Of a stretch of 64,000 nucleotides of DNA, positions 22,017 to 31,608 are shown one piece after another. The stretch is taken from contig CP051526.1 in assembly GCA_050916045.1 (NCBI GenBank), positions 800,001-864,000 on the forward strand, given 5' to 3'. The stretch comes from Tepidisphaera sp. (GTDB taxonomy: Bacteria > Planctomycetota > Phycisphaerae > Phycisphaerales > UBA1924). A program made the translations under genes and the position numbers. The notes below the pieces were generated by a model. It saw only the letters and a list, made by a program, of their open reading frames with translations, was not told where the DNA came from and made no database searches. How positions within the stretch are numbered: the stretch's first letter is position 1; each line of letters begins with the position of its first letter.

Positions 22017-23252
22017 ATGCTGACCAACATGATCTCGGGTATCAAGACCGTGAGCTTCGCCGGCCTCCTCGGCGTGGTCGCCCTCGCTGGCGCCGCCCTC
22101 ACCGGCTGTGACAACAAGACCCCCGGCAAGGGCGGTGGGAGTGGTGGGGGAGGCTCCGGAGCCGCCGCCGTCAGCAACACCAACGACACGGGCACCGGCG
22201 ATATCGTGATCGGCCATTACGCCTCGCTGACCGGGTCCGAAGCCACCTTCGGCGTCTCCACCGAGAACGGCATCCAGCTCGCCGTCGAGGAAATCAACGC
22301 CGCTGGCGGTATCAAGGGCCGCAAGCTCAAGCTGATCACCTACGACAACCAGGGCAAGCCGCAGGAGTCCGTCTCCACCGTCACCCGCCTCATCGATCAA
22401 GACAAGGTTGTCGCCGTCCTCGGCGAAGTCGCGAGCAGCCGCTCCCTCGCCGGCGCCCCGGTCTGCCAGCGCAAGGGCGTCCCCATGATCACGCCCTCTT
22501 CGACCAACCCCGACGTGACCGCCGTCGGAAGCATGATCTCCCGTGTCTGCTTCATCGACCCCTTCCAGGGCAAGGTCGGCGCCAAATTCGCCTTTGAGAA
22601 CCTCAAGAAGACCAAAGCCGCGGTGCTCTACAACCGCGCCCAAGCCTACTCCACCGGCCTCAACTCCAACTTCAAGGACGCTTTCAAAGCCCTCGGCGGC
22701 GAGATCGTCGCTGAGCAGGCTTACGGCGACGGCGACAACGACTTCTCCGCCCAGCTCACCGCCATCCGCGAAAAGAACGCCGACTTCATCTACGTTCCCG
22801 GGTACTACACCGAGGTCGTGAACATCGCCAAGCAGGCCAAGAAGCTCGGCATCAACGTCCCCCTCATCGGCGGCGACGGCTGGGACTCGGAAGAGCTCAA
22901 GAACGCGGGCGATGCTCTGAACGGCTGCTACTTCTCGAACCACTACAGCCATGAGGACACCCGCCCCGAGGTGCAGGAGTTCGTCAAGAAGTACCAGGCC
23001 AAGTTCGGCAAGGTCCCGGACGGCCTCGCGGCGCTCGGCTACGACTCCGCCCGTCTGCTCGCGGACGCCATGAACCGCGCCGAGAAGCTCCACGGCAAGG
23101 AGCTCGCCGCCGCGATCGCCGCGACCAAGGACTTCCAGGCCGTCACCGGGAAGATCACCATCGACGAGCGCCGAGACGCCAAGAAGGACGCCGTCATGCT
23201 CGAGATCGTCAATGGTCAGCCGAAGTACGCCGCCACCATCAAAGCCGACTGA
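22017..23252 (+). CDS. livK: Branched-chain amino acid ABC transporter substrate-binding lipoprotein
   Basis: Lipobox LTGC; GIQLAVEEINAAGGIKGRKL and ALGYDS motifs; first gene of a liv operon. Confidence 0.9.
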   Translation: MLTNMISGIKTVSFAGLLGVVALAGAALTGCDNKTPGKGGGSGGGGSGAAAVSNTNDTGTGDIVIGHYASLTGSEATFGVSTENGIQLAVEEINAAGGIKGRKLKLITYDNQGKPQESVSTVTRLIDQDKVVAVLGEVASSRSLAGAPVCQRKGVPMITPSSTNPDVTAVGSMISRVCFIDPFQGKVGAKFAFENLKKTKAAVLYNRAQAYSTGLNSNFKDAFKALGGEIVAEQAYGDGDNDFSAQLTAIREKNADFIYVPGYYTEVVNIAKQAKKLGINVPLIGGDGWDSEELKNAGDALNGCYFSNHYSHEDTRPEVQEFVKKYQAKFGKVPDGLAALGYDSARLLADAMNRAEKLHGKELAAAIAATKDFQAVTGKITIDERRDAKKDAVMLEIVNGQPKYAATIKAD

Positions 23253-23294
23253 ACGGCCGTCTGAATCTCTGTTCCCTCGGGCCGTGCACTTCGA

Positions 23295-24245
23295 ATGACG
23301 CAGCTTCTCCAAACCCTGCTGGATGGTGTGACCGTCGGTTGCCTCTACGCGCTCATCGCGCTGGGCTACACCATGGTCTACGGCATCCTCAAGTTCATCA
23401 ACTTCGCCCACTCCGACATCTTCGCTCTGGGTGTCTGGATGTCCGTCACCATCGGCGGATGGATGATCGGGAAAGCCTCCGGCGGCACCATCCCCCCCTG
23501 GTACGTCGGCCTCACCGTCGTGATCGCCGCCACCTGCTTCTGCGGCTTCGTCGGGTTCACCATTGAGCGCCTGGCTTACAAGCCCCTCCGTAAAGCCCCG
23601 CGCCTCAACGTCCTCATCACCGCCATCGGCGTCTCCCTCCTCCTTCAGAACATCGGGCAGCTCAATTCCCGGTTCACCTTCGGCCCCTACCCCAAGCCCT
23701 TCCCGACGCTCCTTGAGAACAAGACCCTCCTGACCATCGGCGACGCCGTCACCGGCGTCCAGATCCGCCTGGCCGACGTCGCGGTCATCGGCACCGCCGT
23801 GATGCTCATGGCCGCGATGCAGTACCTGATCTTCCGCACCAAGCTCGGCTCGGCCATGCGGGCGGTCAGCTTCAACACCCGCAACGCCGCCCTCATGGGC
23901 ATCAACGTCGACCGCGTGATCTCGATCACGTTCGTCCTGGGCTCCATGCTCGCCGCCGCCGCGGGCTTCCTCTACGGCCTCAAGTACGAGGGCCAGATGA
24001 AGCAGACCGCCGACAGCATGTGGGTCATGCTCGGCCTGAAAGCCTTCGTCGCCGCCGTCGTCGGCGGCATCGGCAACGTCCGCGGAGCCGTCCTCGGCGG
24101 CCTTCTCATCGGCCTCATCGAGTTCTTCGGCGTCGCGTACCTCAAGAGCGAGTTCCGCGACGCCTACGTCTTCGCCATCCTCATCCTCGTCCTGCTGCTT
24201 CGCCCCGAGGGCGTCCTGGGCAAAGCCACCGTGGAGAAGGTCTGA
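23295..24245 (+). CDS. livH: Branched-chain amino acid ABC transporter permease
   Basis: YALIALGYTMVYGILKFINFAH; GLKAFVAAVVGGIG. Confidence 0.93.
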   Translation: MTQLLQTLLDGVTVGCLYALIALGYTMVYGILKFINFAHSDIFALGVWMSVTIGGWMIGKASGGTIPPWYVGLTVVIAATCFCGFVGFTIERLAYKPLRKAPRLNVLITAIGVSLLLQNIGQLNSRFTFGPYPKPFPTLLENKTLLTIGDAVTGVQIRLADVAVIGTAVMLMAAMQYLIFRTKLGSAMRAVSFNTRNAALMGINVDRVISITFVLGSMLAAAAGFLYGLKYEGQMKQTADSMWVMLGLKAFVAAVVGGIGNVRGAVLGGLLIGLIEFFGVAYLKSEFRDAYVFAILILVLLLRPEGVLGKATVEKV

Positions 24246-24248
24246 CCG

Positions 24249-25432
24249 ATGTCCCGCCTCGTCGAGCAATCCCTCAAGCTCAAGCCGCCGGCATGGACGG
24301 GCATCGTCCGCGCCCTCTGGCCCTTCCTGCTCGCGCTGGTCGTCGGCCTGGTCGTCCACGCCGTCGCCCCGCACCTTCTCGGCGGCCTGGGCCGACGCCT
24401 GGCTCTCCTTTCGGGTATCAACATCATCCTCGCCGTCAGCCTCACCGTCGTCAATGGCTTCACCGGCCAGTTCTCGATGGGCCACGCGGGCTTCATGTCC
24501 CTCGGCGGGTACGCCGCCGCGACGATGACCTACTACGGCTCGATCAAGCTCTTCGGCTCGGCCGAATTCGCCGGCGGGTACATCAGCTTCACCGGCGACG
24601 GAGCCTTTGACGGCCCGATGGTCGCTCGCGGCGACCTTCTCTTCGTCGGTTCCTGCCTCGTCGGCGGCCTCTTCGCCGCCGCCGCCGGGTACATCGTCGG
24701 CCTGCCAAGCCTCCGCCTCCGCGGCGACTACCTCGCCATCGTCACCCTCGGCTTCGGCGAGATCCTCCGCGTCATCGTCCAAAGCTCGCAGGACCAGATC
24801 CAGCCTTGGAAAGCCGCCGAAGCCCAGAACGAATCCTTCCTCGCCCTCCTCTGGAAACTCGGCGGAGCCAAAGGCTTCAACCTCCTCCCCTCCTACACGA
24901 CCCTCTTCTGGGTCTACACCTTCGTCGTCATCACCCTCATCGTCTGCTACCGCCTCAAGACAAGCTCCTCCGGCCGGGCTTTCCTCTCCATCCGCGAGGA
25001 CGAGATCGCAAGCCAGGCCATGGGCGTCGACGTCACCAAGTACAAGGTCCGCGCCTTCGTCCTCTCCAGCTTCTTCGCCGGTCTCGCCGGCGGCCTCTAC
25101 GCGATGGACCTCACCGCCATCAACGCCGGCGACCTGGGCTTCCAGAAGTCCTTCGACATCATCATCATGGTCGTCCTGGGCGGCATGGGCTCGATTTCCG
25201 GAGCCGCTCTCGCCGCCGTCGTCATGACCCTCCTCCCCGAGTTCCTGCGAAGCCTCTGGCAGCCGCTCCAGGAGTTCCGCCTCATCATCTTCGCCTTCCT
25301 CCTCATCCTCATGATGATCCTCCGGCCCCAGGGCCTCTTCGGAGTGCATGAGATCTGGGAGATGGGCCCCTTCCGCAAGCTTCGCCGCAAGCCCTCGAGC
25401 AACACCGGTGCCCCCCCGGGCGGAGGTGCTGC

Positions 25433-25436
<4 letters not shown>
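24249..25436 (+). CDS. livM: Branched-chain amino acid ABC transporter permease
   Basis: GFTGQFSMGHAGF; LRLRGDYLAIVTLGFGEI; VVLGGMGS. Confidence 0.93.
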
Positions 25437-26220
<784 letters not shown>

Positions 26221-26224
<4 letters not shown>

Positions 26225-26937
26225 GCATGCTGACCGTCAAAGACCTCCATGTCTCCTACGGGGCCGTCAAAGCCCTCCACGGCGTCTCGCTCACCGTCAA
26301 CCAGGGCGAGATCGTCACGCTCATCGGCTGCAACGGCGCCGGCAAATCCACCACGCTCCGCGCCGTCTCCGGCCTCCTCTCGCCCAAGAGCGGCTCCGTC
26401 GAGTTTGAGGGCAAGACGATCAACCGCACCGCCCCGCACGACATCGTCTCCCTGGGCATGGTCCACTGCCCCGAGGGCCGCGGCATCTTCGCGAACATGA
26501 CCGTCGCGGAAAACCTCGAGCTCGGAGCTTTCACCCGAAGCGACAAAGCCGGGATCGACAAGGACCGCGAGTGGGCTCTTTCCCTCTTCCCCCGCGTCCG
26601 CGAACGCCTCCACCAGAACGCCGGCACCCTCTCGGGCGGCGAGCAGCAGATGCTCGCGATCGCCCGCGCCCTGCTCGCCAAGCCCAAGCTGCTCCTGCTC
26701 GACGAGCCCTCGCTGGGCCTTGCCCCGCAGATCGTGCAGGTCATCTTCAAGATCATCCGCGACATCAACGCCGCGGGCACGACGATCCTCCTGGTCGAAC
26801 AGAACGCCCACATGGCCCTCAAGGTCGCCCACCGCGCCTACGTCCTCGAGGTCGGCAAGATCGCGATGGAAGGCAAAGCCTCCGACCTCGCCGCCTCCGA
26901 CGAAGTCCGCAAGGCCTACCTCGGCGGGCACGGCTGA
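26221..26937 (+). CDS. livF: Branched-chain amino acid ABC transporter ATP-binding protein
   Basis: GCNGAGKST; LSGGEQQML; LLDEPSLGLAP; ATGA overlap with livG. Confidence 0.93.
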
Positions 26938-26962
26938 AGACACCAGACATTCAATAAGACAT

Positions 26963-27075
26963 TCACCACAGAGACACAGAGACACAGAGACACTGAGCGA
27001 GCGCGGAGGGGAAGAGGGTTGAAGTGCTCTTCCCACTTCCCCGCCTTCCTCTGTGCCTCTGCGCCTCTGTGGTGA
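26963..27075. repeat. Inverted repeat built from 8-bp CACAGAGA units (REP/STRR-like hairpin)
   Basis: TCACCACAGAGACACAGAGACACAGAG (26963-26989) pairs with CTCTGTGCCTCTGCGCCTCTGTGGTGA (27049-27075), with an inner GGGAAGAG/CTCTTCCC stem. Confidence 0.8.
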
Positions 27076-27084
27076 GTCCTGCCT

Positions 27085-27795
27085 TTACGCCGCGTTCTTG
27101 ACCGGCACCGGCCCTGCGCCGGTGAACGCCGATGTGATCGCGATACTTCCACCCCCGCCGATGCCGAACTGCACCGTCATCGGGAGCGAGGCGGGGCCGA
27201 CGAGGTCGGCGCGCTGGGCCTGCACGACGTACACGACCCCCACGCCCCCCGCGGATGAAGGAACCGTGTCGTCGGTGAATTCGCGGACGCCGATCGTGCC
27301 AAGGTCCGTCGCGGGCCCCTCGACGCCGCCGATGCGGCGGTAGACGTGGTAGACGGTGCCGGTCGAGCCGGGCGGGTTCTGGCACTTCCACTTGAGCGTG
27401 ATCGACCCGCCGGGGTTGAGGCTGACCTTGAAATCCGTCGGCTGCCCCGGCGCGGGGCGGGGCGAGGGGGTCGCGGGCGGGGGGATCTGCGCGATCGCGT
27501 AGACGGCGCTGGGGTTCGCGCTCGCCTCGGCGAACGCCTTGATGGAGCGGATCATGTCGGCGGCGCTGGTGCGCATCGCGGCGACGGCCCCGCTCTGGTT
27601 GATCGTCGCGGACTTGGCGGCGTTGGCCGCGTTCTCGCGGGCGACGTACGCGGTGTCCGCCGACGCCGCGGCCGCCTTGAAAGCCGTGGCTTGTCCGGCA
27701 GAGAGTCCGATAAGAGCTGCGTTGGCCTGCCAGACATTGCCTCGGACCAGGCAGAAGTCAATCGCGTCGCGGATGCGGTCGGGCATGATGGTCAT
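27085..27795 (-). CDS. Hypothetical protein: Ala-rich helical N-terminal domain, Pro linker, fibronectin type III-like C-terminal domain
   Basis: AAGGAG RBS 6 nt before ATG 27795; PGQPTDFKV..GSITLKW..YHVYRR..FTDDTV..YVVQAQR FN3 pattern; no signal peptide. Confidence 0.8.
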   Translation of the reverse strand: MTIMPDRIRDAIDFCLVRGNVWQANAALIGLSAGQATAFKAAAASADTAYVARENAANAAKSATINQSGAVAAMRTSAADMIRSIKAFAEASANPSAVYAIAQIPPPATPSPRPAPGQPTDFKVSLNPGGSITLKWKCQNPPGSTGTVYHVYRRIGGVEGPATDLGTIGVREFTDDTVPSSAGGVGVVYVVQAQRADLVGPASLPMTVQFGIGGGGSIAITSAFTGAGPVPVKNAA

Positions 27796-27813
27796 CGGGG
27801 GCTCCTTGGTGAG

Positions 27814-27842
27814 AGGCATCAGGCATCGGGCATCAGGGCATC
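27814..27842. repeat. Heptamer tandem repeat (RGGCATC x4) in the 5' leader of the FN3-like gene
   Basis: AGGCATC AGGCATC GGGCATC A GGGCATC. Confidence 0.7.
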
Positions 27843-27860
27843 GGCCCGGCGCCTGTTCAG

Positions 27861-27888
27861 GGATCGGAACGCCCTCGGCGCGACTTGA
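27861..27888 (-). promoter_or_regulatory. Possible sigma28 (FliA/WhiG)-like promoter of the FN3-like gene
   Basis: Minus strand reads TCAAG-N15-TCCGATCC, resembling TAAA-N15-GCCGATAA with mismatches. Confidence 0.3.
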
Positions 27889-27960
27889 GCGGTTGTGACG
27901 ATTTTTCCGCGTGTGGTCTTTGCCCCGCGTGGGCGGCGTGGAGCGGCTTTGGAGGCTCCT

Positions 27961-28170
27961 CCGGTCGCACCTCGCAGAGCGCCGGTCGCAACCCGCAGCG
28001 TTCCGGTCGCGACCCAAGCACTCGCGGTCGCGACCCGGAGCCCGCTGGTCGCCACCCGAAGCCCTCCGGTCGCCACCCGAAGAGCGCCGGTCGCGACCCG
28101 AGGTCTTCAGGTCGCAACCGCAGGAGCGCCGGTCGTGACCTGAGGTCTTCCGGTCGCGACCAAAGGTGCC
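27961..28170. repeat. Array of 10 x 21-bp units, each with a (near-)palindromic GGTCGCGACC core and a variable 11-bp linker
   Basis: Units start at 27961, 27982, 28003, 28024, 28045, 28066, 28087, 28108, 28129 and 28150. GGTCG is invariant in all ten and there are no indels. Confidence 0.95.
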
Positions 28171-28236
28171 GCTTGCTTGCGGTCGGTGGGCGCGATGATC
28201 GGGCAATCCAATCGAAGCACCCTAGACTGCGCCAAC

Positions 28237-28725
28237 ATGGCTTTTCCAAAATCCAGAGACCACGTCGCAGAGTTAGTCCGACGGCTGCAGCGCAATCAGG
28301 CTTGGATGCTGCAACGACTGTCGTCCAATCCGTCGGATGCGAAGGGTCCTCCGTATGAGTTCAGCCACACGCTGTCGGTTATGCTCCTAATGCTCACCCT
28401 GACCGAGTGTCGTCGCCAGCCGAACCCCAAGCAGCCCCGATATCCGATTGAAAGAGCAGTCGAGGAAGGATGGCCTTCCATTTCGCGAACTTACCAGCAA
28501 GGCAATCTGACCAGTTCGTTTACCTGCTGGTTTGATCAAGTGAACCAAATCCGTCATGCCTTAGCACATGGCAACGTAGCGCTCTTGGGGAAAGACGAAA
28601 TCGAAGCAGTTGAGCTGTGGACGACTCGAAGCAAGAGGTGGCATGCGACGGTTTCGTCTATGGAACTCGAGCGAATGGTCGAGTTTCTATCGAAGCACCT
28701 TACCCCCCAACGCGAACGACGCTGA
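28237..28725 (+). CDS. HEPN-domain putative ribonuclease (pEK499_p136-like)
   Basis: R-x4-H motif IRHALAHGN, N-terminal YEFSHTLSVMLL helix, more AT-rich than the flanks; TAGACT 8 nt before the ATG. Confidence 0.65.
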   Translation: MAFPKSRDHVAELVRRLQRNQAWMLQRLSSNPSDAKGPPYEFSHTLSVMLLMLTLTECRRQPNPKQPRYPIERAVEEGWPSISRTYQQGNLTSSFTCWFDQVNQIRHALAHGNVALLGKDEIEAVELWTTRSKRWHATVSSMELERMVEFLSKHLTPQRERR

Positions 28726-28742
28726 GTATACTTCCGGAATCA

Positions 28743-29114
28743 ATGCTCAATTTTCTCATCGGTATCGGTGCCGCAGTCGGACTCATCGTCGGAGGGATCG
28801 TCATCTACGGTCTTCACACATGGCGACGGCGTTGGAGGATCGCGACAGAGGGCTTCAATTTCACGCCTGTGCACGATATCGCGATGAAGGAGCTTCTCCG
28901 TCGAACCGCTTGGCCCGCGATTCGAGCTGAAGAGCATATTCAGCTCATCTTCAATCTCACGGGTATGTACGTCGGAAGAAAATCATCCGAGCACTGGCGA
29001 GAGTGTATCTCGAAGAATAGGTTCGACGCGGAGTGGCGCGAATTCGCCGAGTTCTCGGCGAAGGTGTGTGCGCCCAATGGGATGATGCCTCCGGGGCAGG
29101 GGTGGCGGCAATGA
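28743..29114 (+). CDS. Small hypothetical protein with N-terminal TM anchor
   Basis: MLNFLIGIGAAVGLIVGGIVIYGLHTWRRR; 17 bp after the HEPN stop; TATACT upstream. Confidence 0.55.
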   Translation: MLNFLIGIGAAVGLIVGGIVIYGLHTWRRRWRIATEGFNFTPVHDIAMKELLRRTAWPAIRAEEHIQLIFNLTGMYVGRKSSEHWRECISKNRFDAEWREFAEFSAKVCAPNGMMPPGQGWRQ

Positions 29115-29166
29115 GCGCCTTCTGACCGATTGCACGCGTGCGCGGAGCCACGATCATCCCGCTTCG

Positions 29167-29338
29167 GGATGGTCGGGGTTGGGCGCACATCGAAGGGAAG
29201 AGCCGCGACACGAGACAGACGCCGGGTGCCACCACCCGCCGCTTCGGCGCGTGGTGGTTGGGCGTGGTCGGCGCGGAGGGCCTCGCGGCTCTGTGCGACC
29301 ATCCACTGCTCATCGGAGGAACCGATGAGCAGTGCCAC
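29167..29338. repeat. REP-like palindromes / structured intergenic element
   Basis: Perfect 13-bp hairpin CACTGCTCATCGG-AGGAA-CCGATGAGCAGTG (29304-29334) with a GTGG foot on the minus strand; longer-range pairings GGATGGTCG/CGACCATCC and AGAGCCGCGA/TCGCGGCTCT. Confidence 0.55.
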
Positions 29339-29344
29339 GGCCAG

Positions 29345-29425
29345 ATCCCCTCCCCCATCCCCCATCCCCCATCCCCCACCCGCCCCCATCCGCCCCTCTC
29401 TCACCCCTCTCTCACTCCTCTCTCG
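29345..29425. repeat. Pyrimidine-rich short tandem repeats (CCCCATC heptamers; CCCCTCTCTCA 11-mers)
   Basis: Visible directly in the sequence at the right edge of the accessory islet. Confidence 0.75.
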
Positions 29426-29480
29426 CCCCGATCCGGCCCAATCCTGCTACCCTGTCTCTCTCCCAGACAGGAGCTGAAAG

Positions 29481-31523
29481 TTGAGCGGTCCGCTGCCACA
29501 GTTTGTCTTCGGCGACCTTCCGGCGAGCCTGACCGCCGGGTATCGGTGCATCCCCCTCACGCCCGAGCAGCAGGGCGGCGTCGCCCGCCTCTGCGCCATC
29601 GTGCAGGATGCCAAGGATGGCCGCTCATCCCTCATCGTGCTCCGTGAGCTGCTCGACGCCCGCATCATCCTCGGAGCCATCGCCGACGCCGCCGGCCGCA
29701 TCCACGACTTCGTCGAGATCTGGTCGCAGGACACCCGGCACCTGGCTTCCGCCCTCCCGACCTACCGCCAGAACCTCAGCAACCGCCTGCTCGATGACCG
29801 CTGGCGCGCCCGGGCCACAGCCCTCGATGATGCCGCCGGCGCGGGACGGTTCTCAACCGGCTGGGAGGATGCCCACCCCGAGCCGATCTTCCTCGACCTC
29901 AAGAAGGGTGTCCCCGTCCGGGCCGTCGAGAAATCAAGCGGATCCCCTTGGGCCCTCTGCGAGGATGATGAGTTCCTCAAGCGCAAGGGCAAAGAGCCGT
30001 ACTCGACCTCGCTCTCGCGATACCTCTACGCCCCCATGCAGGGTGAGCGTTCTCCGCTCGTCGCCATCGCCGGCCCCGAAGCCGCCGATGAGTCTGCGAT
30101 CATCGCGAATCTCGGCCTCACTCCGGGCACCGTCCCCATCTCCCTCGGCGGCCTCATGATGGTCCTGCCGCTGGCTCCCCTCTCGTACGAGCAGTTCGTC
30201 GATGCCTTGGGCGGCGCGGGCGGTGAGGGTTCGGTCGAGAGCATGCTCCGCGAGCGGGCCGCGCGAGCCGCCGTCAACGGCGAGGTCGGGCGGGCCACCT
30301 CCGTCCTGGCTTCCGGCGCGGGCTGGCTCGGTGCATCCTCCGCGAGCCCCGGCCGCAGGCTCCCCGAGGTGCTCCATCTCAAGCTCCGCCTGCTCGCCGA
30401 AGCCGTCGGCATCGCGCGGGCCCTGAGCGAGGACGGCCCCCTGCTCAACGTCTCCGCCGACAGCTTCCGCGTCCACCTCGCCCGCGGCGGGAGCGCCGCC
30501 GCCGGCCTGCCGATGTGGTGGACCGCCCGCGTCGGCCTGGCTTCCCCCGGCGAAGCCATCCCGCTCAAGATCCCCGGCTCGGACACGCCGTACTTCCTCG
30601 CCGGGAGCGACCGCCTCTCGATCTACTCCGCCGCGACGCTCGGCGCCTCCACGCAGGGCCGCGGCGTGATCCGCATCCGCCGCGTCGTCGATGCTTCGAT
30701 GGGCTCCTCCGGCGGCACCCCGCCCGATCGCGCCGGCCTGGCGTTCGGCACGATGTTCGAGTGCACGCTCACGACCCATGAGCGGCTCAGCGTCGGGGCC
30801 AACGACCTCGTCTGGCTCCGGTTCACCATCGGCGGCACCCGCGTCGACACCTACGCCCTCGCGGACGCCAAAGCCGGCGGCGGGGGAGGAGGCGAGCTGC
30901 GTCTTCGCACGCTCGCGCAAGAACTGCCGCCCGGCGTCGCCGAACGCCTCACCCAGGGTGCCGGCGTCCCGATCCCCGACGCGATGTTCGAGGTCCTGCC
31001 GCTCCTTTCGACGCCCAGCGACCTCTATTCGCTCGGTGTGCTCGCCGTGCGCACGCTTCTGGTCAATGACGGCACCTCGCTCCCCGTGGCCCTCGACGAA
31101 GCCATGAGCCTCGCCAACGCCCTGGCTTCCGAGAAGCCCGCCGACGGTGTTTCGGACCCCGTCCAAGCCGCTTCCGCCGCGCTCGGCCGCCTGCTCGCGA
31201 CGCAGAAGCGGTACCTGGATGCTCTGGGCTGCCAGCGTCTGGTCAGCGAGAAGGTCGACCCCGCGATCGCCGCCGCCATGATCCCGGCCGCGCTGTGGCA
31301 CGAGGTCCTGGCGGTGGTGCTCCGCATGTTCCCGGCCGCCGGCTGGTTCTCGCGGTGCAAGGATTTCGGCGACGCCCCGGCCGGCGCGCCGCACCGCGTC
31401 TACGACGGCATCCTCGACAGCCTGCACGCCCTGTTGACCAAGACGCGGTCCCTGATCGTCGCCGACCAGGGCCTCTCGCGCGAGGTCCATCAGGTGGTCA
31501 AGGAACTGCTGGTCCGGGGCTGA
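29481..31523 (+). CDS. Hypothetical protein with degenerate protein-kinase-like motifs
   Basis: PSDLYSLGVLAVRTLL resembles kinase subdomain IX; PLLNVSADSFRV sits at a catalytic-loop-like position; GGAG RBS before TTG. Confidence 0.6.
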   Translation: MSGPLPQFVFGDLPASLTAGYRCIPLTPEQQGGVARLCAIVQDAKDGRSSLIVLRELLDARIILGAIADAAGRIHDFVEIWSQDTRHLASALPTYRQNLSNRLLDDRWRARATALDDAAGAGRFSTGWEDAHPEPIFLDLKKGVPVRAVEKSSGSPWALCEDDEFLKRKGKEPYSTSLSRYLYAPMQGERSPLVAIAGPEAADESAIIANLGLTPGTVPISLGGLMMVLPLAPLSYEQFVDALGGAGGEGSVESMLRERAARAAVNGEVGRATSVLASGAGWLGASSASPGRRLPEVLHLKLRLLAEAVGIARALSEDGPLLNVSADSFRVHLARGGSAAAGLPMWWTARVGLASPGEAIPLKIPGSDTPYFLAGSDRLSIYSAATLGASTQGRGVIRIRRVVDASMGSSGGTPPDRAGLAFGTMFECTLTTHERLSVGANDLVWLRFTIGGTRVDTYALADAKAGGGGGGELRLRTLAQELPPGVAERLTQGAGVPIPDAMFEVLPLLSTPSDLYSLGVLAVRTLLVNDGTSLPVALDEAMSLANALASEKPADGVSDPVQAASAALGRLLATQKRYLDALGCQRLVSEKVDPAIAAAMIPAALWHEVLAVVLRMFPAAGWFSRCKDFGDAPAGAPHRVYDGILDSLHALLTKTRSLIVADQGLSREVHQVVKELLVRG

Positions 31524-31608
31524 TCCGCCTTTCTCGGGCGGGTCGCACGACGCAAGCCCGCTGCGGACGCTATTCTGTGGTCGGGTCGGGGGTTCAAAGG
31601 AGAGTCGG

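Noticed and set aside
21921..25349. 1142-aa minus-strand ORF
   Set aside because: Antisense shadow of the liv operon
27961..28170. 21-bp array as a CRISPR array
   Set aside because: The 10-bp repeats and 11-bp linkers are far below CRISPR sizes, the linkers resemble each other, and no cas genes are in the window
27796..28206. N-terminal extension of ORF 27085-28206 through the array
   Set aside because: The frame is open, but a strong AAGGAG RBS precedes ATG 27795 and the extension is low-complexity Arg/Gly/Asp sequence; not fully excluded
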